Shown here piece after piece: positions 1-12,333 of a stretch of DNA of 53,251 bases. A model generated the notes under the pieces. It was not told the DNA's origin and did not search any database. It saw only the letters and a program-made list of their open reading frames with translations. Source of the stretch: Gekko japonicus (lineage: Eukaryota); NCBI RefSeq assembly GCF_001447785.1, contig NW_015167563.1:702596-755846 (forward strand), read 5' to 3'. A program made the position numbers and the translations under genes. Position 1 is the stretch's first letter; each line of letters opens with the position of its first letter.

Positions 1-429
1 ACGCTTTGCGCGTGCACATGGACTCCCAGACCAGCCCTGGACTCCCCCACTCTTTATGAGGTGAGGACTTGGCAACCCAATCCCCCCCAACACCAGGCAG
101 GCCGGTGTCTGTCAGGTGTAGGAGCAGGGCCAGGGTATGAATGTTTATGGGGAGATAGTAAAGGACAGTTCTAGGAACCATTCCGATGCGTGCCTCCCTC
201 ATGAACCTGAAGAAATGTCCACCACATCACCACTCCCTCACACCAACTCCCCCTCACACCTCTTACTGCCCTCAAGAAAGCTCCTGGCAAACGTCGAGCC
301 ACATACACCAATGCTACAAGGAGGAGGCAACTTAAGAATGTGGCAAAGACATTTGCACATAGTACTCCTGCAGTGCACAGAGCTGTACAGGCCAAGTACC
401 AGCAAGATCACCCTGAGGTGCTCAGAACA

Positions 430-802
430 ACACAGTCTCCATATCAGCAAAACAGTCCAGGAACACAAGTAGAGAGGCCATCAATTTCGTGGAAGGTAGC
501 AGGAGTGGACTTAGCAGACGACTGCTTCTTAAATGGACAGTTCTATATGGCCTGCTCCAGAGTGAGCTCATCAAGCAGCCTGGTGATTCTAGCACCTGAG
601 GGCAGAACCACCAATGTGGTTTAGAGAGATGTCCTTTAGTAGAGAGAGAAAAAAGTACGTATGTCTCACTTCATTTCTTACACTACAATCTTCTCTGTTA
701 GAATTCCTACAACAAATGTCACATTTCAAATTTCACATTATCAGTATTATAACTGGATTTATGGAACTTAAATACCGTAGCGAAGCACGGGTAGCAGGCT
801 AG
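430..802 (+). mobile_element. Helitron 3' fragment (PIF1-like helicase C-terminus remnant plus 3' hairpin and CTAG end)
   Basis: ORF 340-624 ends KVAGVDLADDCFLNGQFYMACSRV...TTNVV, resembling the Helitron helicase motif CFSHGQLYVACSRV...TxNVVY. Hairpin ccgtagc-gaa-gcacgg at ~775-790 is followed by CTAG (799-802) and T. The 5' boundary is not determined. Confidence 0.8.
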
Positions 803-1757
803 TAGTTATATATATAGTTATATGCCAACCATGTCCTGCCACTTAAACAGGTCAGTCTTAATACAAAAAATATAGACACAGAAATGTTCAAATACCAATG
901 AGAATATTTCAGTTTTCTAACACCCATTGCTACTGATCAAAAGGTCACTGTTGATAAATTTATTTATACCATCTTTCTCTTCTTGGACAAGTGACATACC
1001 ATTCTATGACTGAAACCCCCCACCCCAAGAATATGCCTGCAAGCTGCATTAAAAGATCTTGCAAACAAAATGATGGTACAGCACCTCCTAAAAACTTCTA
1101 AAGGCAATGTCCCCTCCCCTTCTGAGTGTATGTCACAACAGTGAAGAAATGGGCTCTAGAGCCTCTAGTAAGGGCCTCCCAACCTTTTTGAGCCTGCGTG
1201 CACCTTTGGAATTCTGACACATTGTGGTGGGTGCAGCAACAAAATGGCTGCTGCAGAAGGTGAAGCCAGCCACAAATGGCTGTCACAGCCGCCCTGAGCC
1301 TGTTCGCTGGGAGGGCAGGGTATAAATTGAAACAATAAAATAAAATAAATAAAATATCTTTCTACTGTGGTGGCAGCTGTTGTGCCGAAGCCACATTTTT
1401 AAAAATCTGCACAGCTAATCAGAAGCCTGAGCAAAAGCCCAACCTTGCCCCATCCCCTTTCTAAAAACACTTGTCGGGCATCAGGAAAGATGCTAGTTAG
1501 CACTGTACCCATGGGACACCACAGTTGATTCCAAGTGGACCATCATAAGCAGGGAAATGACAAAGTGGCAATCAGATTACAGTTGGTGCATGGTGACATA
1601 TGGGGAGGTAGTCTTTCAGATATGTGGTTCCTAAGTTTTAACTCATGAAGGGCTTTAGAAGTTATAGCCAGCAAGTTGAATTAAACTTAGAAGCAAATTG
1701 ACAGTCTCTCTCATTTGCCATCAAGTCACAGCTGACTTACAGCTGTTTTATAATATG

Positions 1758-2502
1758 CAGGGGTCATTTCCTGCAGGAGCGTGCAGGAGCGGAGCTCCGG
1801 CAGTAAAGAGCCCAGAGGTGGGCACATGCAGCAAGCCCCACCCCCTGCTCCCAGCAGCCCTCAGTCAGAGCAAGAAGCAGCCAGGTAAGTTGCAGAGCCA
1901 ACCCCCCCCCCCGGCCCCACGGTCCAAAACAGTCCAGGGGCACCTTTAAGACTAAGTTTTATTCAGGTAGAAGAAGAAGAAGAAGAGATTGGATTTATAC
2001 CCCGCCCTTCACTTGGAGTCTCAGAGCAGCTTACAAACTCCTTTTCCTTCCCCTCCCCACAACAGACACCCTGTGAGATGGGTGGGGCTGAGAGAACTCT
2101 AACACAAACTGCTCTTTCAGGAACAGCTGTGTCAGAGCTTGTGAGTGACTCAAGGTCACATCAGCAGGTGCATGTGGAGGAGTGGGGAATCAAACCCAGT
2201 TCTCCCAGATTAGAGTCCGCACACTTAACCACTACACCAAACTGGTTCTCCTAGATTAGAGTCTGCACACTTAACCACTACACCTAACTGGTACAAGCTC
2301 TCCCTCCTCTGCAAGGACAGATCTGCAGGCCCTCCCCCCCCAATAGCTAGCAATCCAAAAGAGTCCAGTGGAGCCTGAGCCATGGGTGTTGCCTTCTGAC
2401 ACACTTCCGGTGATGTCAGGGGGTGTGGCATATGCAAATACGTTATTCTAATGAGTTATGCTAATGAGCTCCTGCACTTCCTTTTCTACAAAATGACCCC
2501 TG
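1758..2502. mobile_element. Non-autonomous hAT-like DNA transposon (MITE) with nested SINE
   Basis: Perfect 12-bp TIRs caggggtcattt (1758-1769) / aaatgacccctg (2491-2502). Flanks ataatatg / attaatatg resemble a degenerate 8-bp TSD. Confidence 0.6.
1969..2291 (-). mobile_element. tRNA-derived SINE (Squam3-like) with (CTT)n tail and tandemly duplicated head
   Basis: The minus strand begins ccagtttggtgtagtggttaag (A box) then ggtttgattccc (B box) and ends in (CTT)n. The head segment is present twice (~2200-2245, ~2246-2291). Family name is from recall. Confidence 0.7.
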
Positions 2503-3299
2503 ATTAATATGCGAGATGTGTGCTTGACAGCTAGCCTCTGACAGCAGTCAAGCCTGTGTGTTCTGTACCAGTTGTAACTTCCAGGTTGTCTTCAAGGGCA
2601 GGCCAAGAAATAGACTGAAGTGTAAATAGTAGTCCAAATACAAATTACAAAAGCACATATTAACTTGACCACGTTGGCTGAGAGAACTGGCGAACCAAAT
2701 GCAAGAAAAGAACTTCAGAAGCCCCATGATGAAATTGCTATGATTTCTTAGAAAGCTTTGTTCTGTTTGAATAGGCCTTAACACTAAGGATTTCTTGGCT
2801 GCTCCAAATGTTAGTTTATGATGGTTATTGCCATTTCTCCTGTGAATGTGTACATTCGAGCTTTAAATAATGTATTATTTCTGCAGTTTATGAACTTTTG
2901 TTTCCATTGTTTCCATTCCTTCCCCACTCCATATCCTTATGCCATTCGGGGAACTACAGATTTCATGAATTAGGCTCTAGGGTATGAAAGTTTTGAGAGG
3001 TTTTTTTAATGCTCCTGCTGCCCCTTTTACCAGTTTGTCCTAGACTCACAAAAGTCCTGTAACGTCGCAGACACCTTATATTACGTACTGTTTTAATAAT
3101 ACTTTTATGGTGTACTGTGGGTTTTATATTTATGTTGGTCCTAGTTGTATTGAACCCATTTCCATAGACAATTGTTTGTAACCCTGCAAAACCTCAAACA
3201 GTCCCTTAGTCTTTAAAGGACCATTTTTATTAGGCTGACTATTTATGCAAGCGAATATTTCCTCCTCCGCAGAACATTTGTTTCACAGAACGTCGCCAC

Positions 3300-4700
3300 T
3301 TATGTCTGGGAAACCCGTTCTCAGTTTCGCGGCCTCCAAGGTTTCTATTCTCCGCTCGCGGGAGTAGAGGAAGGCCTGTCAGCCAGCCCTTGGAGTAGAC
3401 GGGAGAGGCGGACAAAGAGCTCTTAAACAAATAAGAAATGCGCTTCTACATGAGTGACTGCTCCTGTCCTCCAATAAGCAGAAGGCTTGTTGCAGAGTGC
3501 CAGCGCGACCCCGAGGAGTCTATAAAAGGAGACCACGCGAGACCGCGCGTTCCCCGTTCGGATAGCGCTGTAGTGCAGCGTTTTTCTGTCTCTGAGGCAA
3601 AAACCGCGCGGGAGAGAAGGGAGGAGCGGCGACCGCTGACGACATCGAAGTGACGGGGAGCAGATCCGGACGGCGTCTTTGGAACAGGGTTCCGGCAGGC
3701 CTGGGATCGCAACCGCAGCGGAATTTAACGTGAGTACCGAAGGCTCTCGAGGGTCAACCCGTCTAGATTTCGGGGGGGAGGGGGAGGGGAGAAGAGGCTG
3801 TGAGGCGGGATGGGCCTACGGAGCGAGCGCGGAGGCGCCGTTCTTGCCGCCTCTTTCCTTCGTTAGGCCTCAGTGACGTGGGGGCTTCCGTTGTGTCCCG
3901 TACCCAGGTAGACACAGTCGCGGCGCGGTCTTCGAGCAGGCACGATGGCCGACGTGGAGCAACAGCTTGGCGCCACTCAGAACGGGCACGAAGCGGAAGC
4001 GGCCGAGGGCTCCGCTGGTGGCGGCGGCGACGAAGAGCAGCAGCAGCAGCACCAGGAGCAGATGGAGGAGGAGGAGGAGGAGGAAGAAGAGGTGGTGGCG
4101 GCGGCCGTGGCCGAGGAGGAGGAGGAAGAGGAGGAGGAGGCGGCCGAGGCAGGGGACGGAGGCGAGGAGGGGCAGTCGGCCGCCCCGGCGGAGGCGACCG
4201 GCAGCCAGAATGGAGCCGAGGGCGACCAGATCAACGCCAGCAAGAACGAGGAAGACGCGGGGTGAGTGCGAGCGGCCCTCCTTTCCCGGCGCCATGCGGG
4301 CGACCGACGTGCTGGCAGCGAAGGGGTAGTAGGCCCGAGGCCGCTTCCGCTCTGCAGCGCTGCAGGCTCCGACAAAGGGCGGTTGTGGCGCAGCTGCGTG
4401 GCGCGAATCGGCCCTGCTGGCGAGGCTGAAGCAGACAATGAGCGGGGCCTGGGCCGCCACTACGGCGGCGGGACCCCACCTCCTTTGTTCTGGAGCTGCC
4501 TTTTGTTGCCGCCATGTGGTGGTGGTGGGAGCGCGGGAGAGATCCTTTTTTTTTTTTTTGGCCTGAAGTGGGAGGATCCGCCCCCCTCCCTGTGTTCTGT
4601 TCGCGCTCAGTCACGGCTTAATCATCGATGCATTTTAGGTAACCTTGAAGAGAAGTGTTTTCTCCCCCATTACTTGGGCCGGTTTTCTCCCCCCCCCCTC
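3300..4700 (+). promoter_or_regulatory. CpG island / HNRNPAB promoter region
   Basis: GC- and CpG-rich stretch around the first coding exon. CCAAT at 3471, TATAAAAG at 3521-3528, and a candidate non-coding exon donor AAC|GTGAGT at 3729/3730. Confidence 0.75.
3945..4261 (+). CDS. HNRNPAB: HNRNPAB first coding exon (acidic low-complexity N-terminus)
   Basis: ATG at 3945; MADVEQQ...[14 protein letters not shown]; donor GTGAGT at 4262. Confidence 0.93.
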
Positions 4701-7700
4701 CGGGGGATATACAGAGTCCTTTCTTCTTAACACTAAAGATTGTACTATAAGCATAGGAGGCTGTATAAATAATAGTATTGGCGAATCTACTATAGATGCA
4801 TTGGTATTTGTGGAATTTAAGATGACATCGGTTCATATGGTGTTTGGGAAATAAAAAAGCTGAAGAGAGTGGCTAAGCTGTTGCCTTTCTTGTTTTGTTG
4901 GCAGTTGAAGCTGATTAATTCTGTCCGATTTTTCCTGGCCCTTGTGATGCTTTTAGTTGAAGCATAGTAGTTTCTTCCCACAGGCAGTCAAACTAGCCCC
5001 TGGCCTGGTGCCCTGTGACTGTGGTATTTATATACAAGGTGTGCTGCTTCAGGATTTTGATGCTGCCATACCCAAACGGGTGTCTCTTCATTATGGACTT
5101 CTTTTACTCAACTGTAATAACAAAAAAATTTATTCTAAATATTCTGTTTCCATTATGTCAGACCCTATAGTATTTGTGAAAAACCTTTTCAAATTGTGGA
5201 TACTTTAAATGAGTAACTACAAATGGTCACTGCTTTATAAAGGGGTCAGTGGGTCCAGTTTATCAATAACTTTGAACAGCTATGCAACTTTTAAAAACTT
5301 GCTTTGACACGGGACTAACCCGTTTTGGAGTAACTCAAAACAGCTTTTGCTAAAACAAACTGATATGGTAATCTGGGATATTGGGCAATGTTCTTATGTC
5401 AAATACATGGATTAGAAAGATTTAGGGGGGAGTAGTGTGCAGTAAGTAGCAAAGGAAACTGTATGGTTAATTCATGTTCAGTACCGAGGTGTTCATTATT
5501 TAATGAAAATTATGTTTTGTCAACTACTAGGATTAAGGTTTGAGTTGCTTTATTTTATGCAGGGCTGGTTGGTTTGTAATCTTTGGTGTATCTGAAGTAT
5601 AAAGGCCCCCCCCCCCCCCATTTATAGTGGTTGGTTGGTGTCAAGGCTCAGCCAGCCTTGAGTATAGGTTTGGAGCATGTTAGGTTAAAATGCTCCAGTA
5701 AGTATAATATGCCTAAATTCTTGAGCAAGAAGGAAGAAAGTACCAGAAAATAAAATTAGGGGTACCTTAATTTAAAGTGTTGGGATGAATTACCCAAACT
5801 ACTGCTTCCTAACTGATTTAAAAATACCAGTTTTCAACATACATAGTATCTTAGCTGAAGCCTTGTGTGAGTTTTAATTGTAGATAACTGAAACTCGAAT
5901 TGAGTTTGTGTTGATATACCACCATTTATGAGATGTCTTAAGTCTTTTTAATGGTGATTTATGTATTATGAACTATTTGCAAGACAAAGGTACAAGTCCT
6001 AAAGGAATGGAAGGTGGAGCAACTGCTCATTTGTATTAACATATTTAGATAAGATATTATTAATGGTAACTGTTGCTGCATTAATACTCTTTTTATTTCA
6101 GGAAAATGTTTGTTGGGGGCCTTAGCTGGGATACAAGCAAGAAAGACTTGAAAGACTATTTCACAAAATTTGGTGAGGTGTCTGACTGCACAATAAAGAT
6201 GGACCCCAATACAGGAAGATCAAGAGGTTTTGGGTTCATTCTCTTTAAAGAGGCTGCAAGTGTTGACAAAGTAAGTTTGAAGGGTTAAAAACCTAAATTC
6301 TTAGTATTCTTGTAAATCTGCTAATTTCATTCTGACTTTGTTAAATTATTTTTTTAGGTTTTGGAACAGAAAGAGCACAAGTTAGATGGACGTGTGATTG
6401 ATCCTAAAAAAGCAATGGCAATGAAGAAGGATCCTGTGAAGAAAATATTTGTTGGTGGACTTAACCCCGAAGCAACAGAAGATAAAATCAGGGAATATTT
6501 TGGAGAATTCGGAGAGGTGTGTGTAGAAATATTAAAATTTCAAGACATTTTGAAGCCATAGGATAAAAAACTCCTCCCCATTTTTGGGGGGAGGGGGGAA
6601 TGAAATTTTTGGGAAAATAGACATATATGCAGTACTTATTGTCCTAAACTAATTTTACTGCTTAGCAATATACAATGCATCAATTATAAACATATAAAAC
6701 TGCAAAATTTCCAAAATTAAAATGTATAAATGGTTTTCTATAAGCAAAGTAGCAAATATACCCAATACTTGAGAGAAAACTGCAAGGTGATGCTCCCTAT
6801 GCTGTCTTTGCACATGTACTTTAATTTTTGCTGTCTCGTTAGAGAGAGCTCGGTTTTCAGTGTAACTTTAAGAGTTTTCCCTCTGAGATTTTGGTGTAGT
6901 TTCTGCCCTACCTCCTGCCCCCCCCCCTCCCCAGCAAGGTAGGGCAATAAGATACTTGTTATCCAGTCTGTGGGTATATGTGTCTCAGTGGTTTGGGGGA
7001 GAGGTGAAAAGGTCAACCACAAGGGAGGTCAGAAAGACAACAGAAGGTATGCAACTGTTGAAAAGCAGTGAAGCCCTGCAGGGTCCCCTCATGAAGATTA
7101 GGTAACCTTGTAGGTGCAGAAATCAATCTTGGATTTAAGAGCTGTCTGTCTACACCATGCCCACCTTGTCTTTAAAAGCATTTTACTCATTGGTAAAAAG
7201 GCCTCAGAAAAAAGCTTTTGTCTGAGTTTTCCGGTTGGGGTTTTTTTTACATCTGTAGGTGTGTGACCTTGAGCATATTTTAACTATTATAATAGATATA
7301 ATTAATTTGCAAAGTAAAAGAGTTTAACTCCAGGATAGCTTAACTAAAGGTACAGGCTTGTATCCAGCCAACTCCAGTGGCATGTGTGTAGATGTGCCCT
7401 GCATGTATTTTAGAAGAGGGAGAAGGAACAACATCTTTTCCTTCCTTACTGCAGCCATCCTCAGGATGTTGATTCATGTGGATCCAGGAATCATCTTTCC
7501 AGGGCTTGAAAGTAACTGCTCAGAGAGGAATGTGGGGAAAATCAGCACTCATATTAAATGGAAGGACTGTGGTAATTGGGCACAAGCTGTCTACCTCTTC
7601 TGTAGCCTTGGCTCATGCCCTTCTGCGGATAAAAGTGGAGAACAGTCAACTTCTGACAGTGAATTACTGTCTCTACAGCAATAGTGATTTTGAAAGCAAC

Positions 7701-10229
7701 CTCCCCAGTAACTTGTGCTCATTAATAAAAGATGTGAAGACTTGAACTTCAGAGGGAATGGATCAGTTAGCCAACATACAGTTAGCCAGTTAGATAGAAG
7801 AATCAGTTGGGAAAGCCTTGTTCCCAGTAGATCCAGAAATTTTAGAGCAAAATGTGTCTTTCTTAAAAAGAGGCTGTTGTCTAGTAAAGCTTTTGAGGCC
7901 TGAGTTATCAGGTGATGTAATACAGTAGATTAATCCAGTTGAACATTATTGTTGTTTTATCAGATTGAAGCAATTGAACTTCCAATGGATCCAAAGACCA
8001 ATAAAAGAAGAGGCTTTGTGTTCATCACATTTAAGGAAGAAGATCCAGTCAAGAAGATTATGGAGAAAAAATTCCACAATGTCAGTGGCAGTAAGGTAGG
8101 AATTAATGACAATGGGGTTATCTAACTTTCAGACTTAATAGCTCATATAAGTGATATTCACATGAAAATACAGTTGGAGAAAATGTGCACTTTGAGATAG
8201 AGTATTGATTTAATACATTCTAAAAGATCCCAAACTTTCAGTTATGATTACAGTAGTGGGTAATGATCACTTTGAATAAGATTTTAAATCATAGTAAAGG
8301 CTGATGGACTCTGAATTGTGCCTTGAATTCAACAATATGTTAGAGATTAATGGGGGGTGGTTTATAGGCACTTAAAATTTAAATGTAAAATTAGAAGAGA
8401 GAGAAATGAGTATGTTTGACTCAGTTTATAGAAATGAAATTGAAGTAATGACTTATTGTAACTAAGCTTGTTGGAGATCTCCTCTCTTGGGTTTTTAGAT
8501 AGTAGTGGGTTTCTTTACTTTGTCCCTGTATGTGTAGTTCCCTATATCCTTTTTCCTTTGTAGTAGTTGTAGAGATATAAAAATAATTTTTAAAAAAATC
8601 CCCTCTGGGGGAATAATAAAAAAAAAGAGAGATTTTAAATCATGAAGAAAAATCAATTTTAAACGACATGTTTTGAAATTTATCCTTTTAAATATTTCTG
8701 TCTCATTCTCTGTCCCATGTCCCCCTGTAGCAGCTTACACTAAGGCATACCTGTTGTACTGAAACTTTGAGTAGGGAGTGAGGGATCTAGCCCCAAACCT
8801 GAACAGTACAGTGTTGCAGGAGAGGCTTTTCTTTTGCTGTATAGTAGAGTTATGGGGGAATAGGAAATTGTGGTTGGGCGTGTATCCCTGACCTTAATTT
8901 CATCTATTGTTGCAAAATGCAGTAAGGTATTTGGGGCTTTGCCCTCTTTTCAGCTTCAGGTGGTGGTCATGGGAATTTCTTGATTATACGAAAGGAGCTT
9001 CTTGTAATTATTTTATGCTGTCTCCCTTTTAAATAAACAACAGATTATAATCACCTACCACAAACACCTAGCAGAAGTAAGCCTCTGTGAACTTGACATA
9101 CAACCAATGAACAAGATAGTGCACTGATTAACTTACAGGAGAATAGAGTAAGGAAGAGTCTTCAGAATAGTTTCTGTGACAGGCTTTGCTATGATGATGC
9201 TTAAAGAAGTAGCCAACTGGATTGGTAGATGCTGCTCTGAATGAAAAGGGGCATTTTAGAAGGTACACAGGTGGGAAATAGCAGATGCATTACCTTGTGC
9301 AAAAAAAAGGACACTAACTGCACAGGTGCTTAAAAAAAGCTGCAAGGCCTGTCTGCCTTTAAACCATTGAAAACTTGATCTGTTCTCATAGTCTCATTTG
9401 AAGAACATACGTGAACAAATAATTACTGTTTCTCAGTTGAAAAGTTTAACATACACTTGTACTTCAGTTGTCTGTAATGAAGTTTGAAATGTAGTATAAA
9501 GAGTTGCTTGGCCTTAATGCAAGAAATGGAGGAATGAAAAAATGTTGTAAATGGAACCATGATTAAAAGGGGATTTGGCTGCTATTAAGTTTTTAAAATA
9601 ATAGTTGAAGATGCTACTGTTCAAGGATCCTAGTACCATGTCAGATTTTATATTTTTGTAGATTGATATGTATTTGCATTAAAATTTCACTCAGCTGTGT
9701 TTACAAACTTTGAAAGCTGCTTATATGGTGTTCTACTGTTATTTTTCAGTGTGAGATAAAGATAGCCCAGCCGAAAGAAGTGTATCAACAACAGCAGTTT
9801 GGTTCTGGGGGTGGCAGAGGAAGAGGTGGAAGAAGAGGTGAGTATTGTACACGCTACTTTAGTATGGACACGTTCTAAAACAAACTTCTATACTAAAATG
9901 GGATTTTGTGGATGGTTTTCCCTTCTATAGCTCAAAGTCAAAATTGGAATCAAAGTTATGACAATTACTGGAACCAGGGTTATGGGAGTCAAGGATACGG
10001 CTATCAGCAAGGTTATGGTGGCTATGGAGGCTATGATTATTCAGGATATGGGTATTTTGGATATGGACCGGGCTATGATTACAGTAAGTAAAGTGAACTG
10101 TATTGGGTATATGTAAGCATAACTAATTAGCAGTTTAATGCATTTAATCTCTTGTTCACAGGTCAAGGCAGTTCAAATTACGGAAAGGCTCCAAGACGTG
10201 GTCATCAGAATAACTACAAGCCATATTGA
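3945..10229 (+). CDS. HNRNPAB: Heterogeneous nuclear ribonucleoprotein A/B (spliced, 7 coding exons, 361 aa)
   Basis: join(3945-4261,6102-6270,6358-6516,7964-8095,9750-9837,9931-10083,10162-10229) = 1086 nt, all GT-AG and in frame. It has [13 protein letters not shown], two RRMs (MFVGGL/RGFGFI; IFVGGL/RGFVFI), a Gly/Tyr-rich tail and a C-terminal HQNNYKPY. It lies next to PHYKPL as in other amniotes. Confidence 0.96.
6102..6270 (+). CDS. HNRNPAB: HNRNPAB coding exon 2 (RRM1)
   Basis: tttcag acceptor; [20 protein letters not shown]...ASVDK; gtaagt donor. Confidence 0.96.
6358..6516 (+). CDS. HNRNPAB: HNRNPAB coding exon 3
   Basis: ttttag acceptor; [19 protein letters not shown]...FGEFGE; gt donor. 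Confidence 0.96.
7964..8095 (+). CDS. HNRNPAB: HNRNPAB coding exon 4 (RRM2)
   Basis: tatcag acceptor; [31 protein letters not shown]...SGSK; gtagga donor. Confidence 0.95.
9750..9837 (+). CDS. HNRNPAB: HNRNPAB coding exon 5
   Basis: tttcag acceptor; [29 protein letters not shown]; gtgagt donor. Confidence 0.93.
9931..10083 (+). CDS. HNRNPAB: HNRNPAB coding exon 6 (Gly/Tyr-rich, 153 nt, frame-preserving)
   Basis: ctatag acceptor; [18 protein letters not shown]...GPGYDY; gtaagt donor. Confidence 0.92.
10162..10229 (+). CDS. HNRNPAB: HNRNPAB last coding exon (PY-NLS-like end)
   Basis: tcacag acceptor; [21 protein letters not shown] then TGA (10227-10229). Confidence 0.94.
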
Positions 10230-10777
10230 TCAAAGGTATTCAGGTATGCAGTGGCAAGCTCTAATGCAGGACTGCTGCATAGGTTTTGTACTCAATGCTG
10301 TAGATGGACATTACAATTATGTACCAAATTTAACTTTACAATAAATTTCTATGGCCTGTTATGTGTATCAGAAGAGCTCCCTTGGAAACGTCTTTGTTTA
10401 ATATTTACAGATAATAGTTGTTTAGACAGTGTGGTGTGTAAATTTCAGCCTTGCTGAAGATTAATGATTTTATGGATAGGTTAGATTGAAACTGATTTTG
10501 AGGCTCTGCTTAAAGCTGCAGCTCTGCATCTAGGGGCTGCCTTGGAGTGAACTATGAACTATGTTATTCCAGTTGTACAGAATAAGATGCATCTTAGGGA
10601 ACCAGTGTCACTTTCCACCTTTTTATTTTGTATTGGTTTTGTGTCATACATTTCCTGTAATGGAAGTGTTAATTTTACTGTACTTTTTGGTACCTTTTTG
10701 GAATCTAATGTATTGTAAGGTATTTTACATGTGTTCTGATCACCATGACATGGATATTGATGCTATTCTAGCTTTTG

Positions 10778-10783
10778 AATAAA
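10778..10783 (+). terminator. HNRNPAB polyadenylation signal
   Basis: AATAAA about 550 nt after the stop, at the end of a U-rich 3'UTR, followed by tgctgtgtg. Confidence 0.75.
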
Positions 10784-12069
10784 AAAGCATAATCCAGTGC
10801 TGTGTGCCATTATTCAAGCTGTCCAGTTACAGATCAGTGACAGAGTTGTGGAAGTTTAGTGGAAATGTTGGTGTCTAGTGCATACATTTCAGTGGTTGGA
10901 TTTAGAGCGTGCCCTAACCCTAAAATCAATGACTGACCAGAAAAAGTTAATTAGAATAGTTACAGGTTCAAAAGGGTAGTCTTATCATACAAAGATAAGA
11001 AAAGAATGTAAGAGGAGAACTGTGGTGGGTGGTTAAGGCTGCTAAGGCTTTCAGGAAAATGCATAGATTTCTATACCATCAGCTGCAAGTGTCTGGCTTG
11101 TTTAGGAATTGGTGCTGCCTGAATGTACGGAGATTTCTTGGACCTTTAGTGTAGGGTTCAAGGCTGTATTTTACACACTCAGGGCAATGTCAGACATTTT
11201 TATTGCACATCAGAGTCTACTTTTTGTATCTGAGTTTAATTTAACTGTGCCACTGGAAATGATCTGAAAACATGTTCAGCACTGTTCATACAAAAAAGCC
11301 TTGGAATATCTGTGTAGTGCATGATTTGTATCTGAAGCCACTCAGATTAAAGTTAATTTGCTGACTGAGGGCTTTCTTGTATGTGTTCACTGAAAATGTA
11401 TTAACTATAGACTTCTGCACTTAATGCTTGAAATAACTTAATGTGTTGCCTGAAAAGTTGATTTTTCAGTATTTATGTGTCTGGGTCTTTTCTGAACAGT
11501 CCTCATGCTGGTAATGATTCTGATTTTTTAAATTAGAAGCAGCATAGGTAATAGCATTAACTAGCTTTTCAGTATGAAATAGTTGGAATCCAGTGTTCTT
11601 TCTGACATAAAAATGCCATTTTAATATAGCACATTATACTGTGCTGAGCCTCAACACTGCTGTATTTAAAATGCATACTATTCAATGCAAGAATTGAAAA
11701 CCTGTACCTAATGTAGAAGGCTGCTGCAAACTTAATGTAGCCTGCTTTTAATCATACCTAAGGGTGTGGGGAAGAGGCTGTGAGGATTGTGTGTGTGCCT
11801 CTGTCAGAATTCTGAAAAACGGATACAGCCGAATCTGGTTGTTGTTCAAATGTAGACCAGTAGTGTACTGAATGAAAAATAAAAGCTGGATATACTTTCC
11901 ATGTAAATCTAGGTGCTGTTAGTAAAAACTTCATTTTCTGTTGGAAAACCAACAAAAGATGTTAGCAACTTTAAAACTTGGGGGGGGGGGAACCCCAATT
12001 TTTTAAAAAATATTTGAGGTACTGGCACAACTTAAATGCTGACCTGCTCAAGTGTTTTTCAATAGCTGC

Positions 12070-12333
12070 TGCTTTCATTGCTAAATTTTATTTAGCAAAC
12101 AGAACATGCACATAATATTGAAAAGTATTGATGTAATAGTTACAGGCAACTATAGCAGCTTTCCTTGCTATCTAAAAAGCTGGGCTAGCAGATAATTGTT
12201 GAAGAGCTTCAAACCTTCTGTACCACTGTCATTTTAACAAAATAGTGACACCCATTCAATAATTACATTAAGCAAAAGTGGAAGTTTACTGTCTTAAACT
12301 AGAATCAAAACAGTAGAATTCAGCATCTTTTAT
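12070..12333 (-). other. PHYKPL: Putative non-coding terminal exon of PHYKPL
   Basis: Minus-strand donor G|GTGAGC at 12543/12542, 27 nt after the stop. Acceptor tctttttcttacag ends at 12334. AATAAA lies downstream. Confidence 0.55.
12087..12092 (-). terminator. Candidate PHYKPL polyadenylation signal
   Basis: tttatt on + = AATAAA on -, downstream of the putative terminal exon acceptor at 12334. Confidence 0.55.

Noticed and set aside
3800-4730. Several long overlapping ORFs on both strands (209, 196, 154, 153 and 120 aa)
   Set aside because: They are by-products of the GC-rich, stop-poor CpG island and the triplet repeats of HNRNPAB exon 1, with no recognisable domains.
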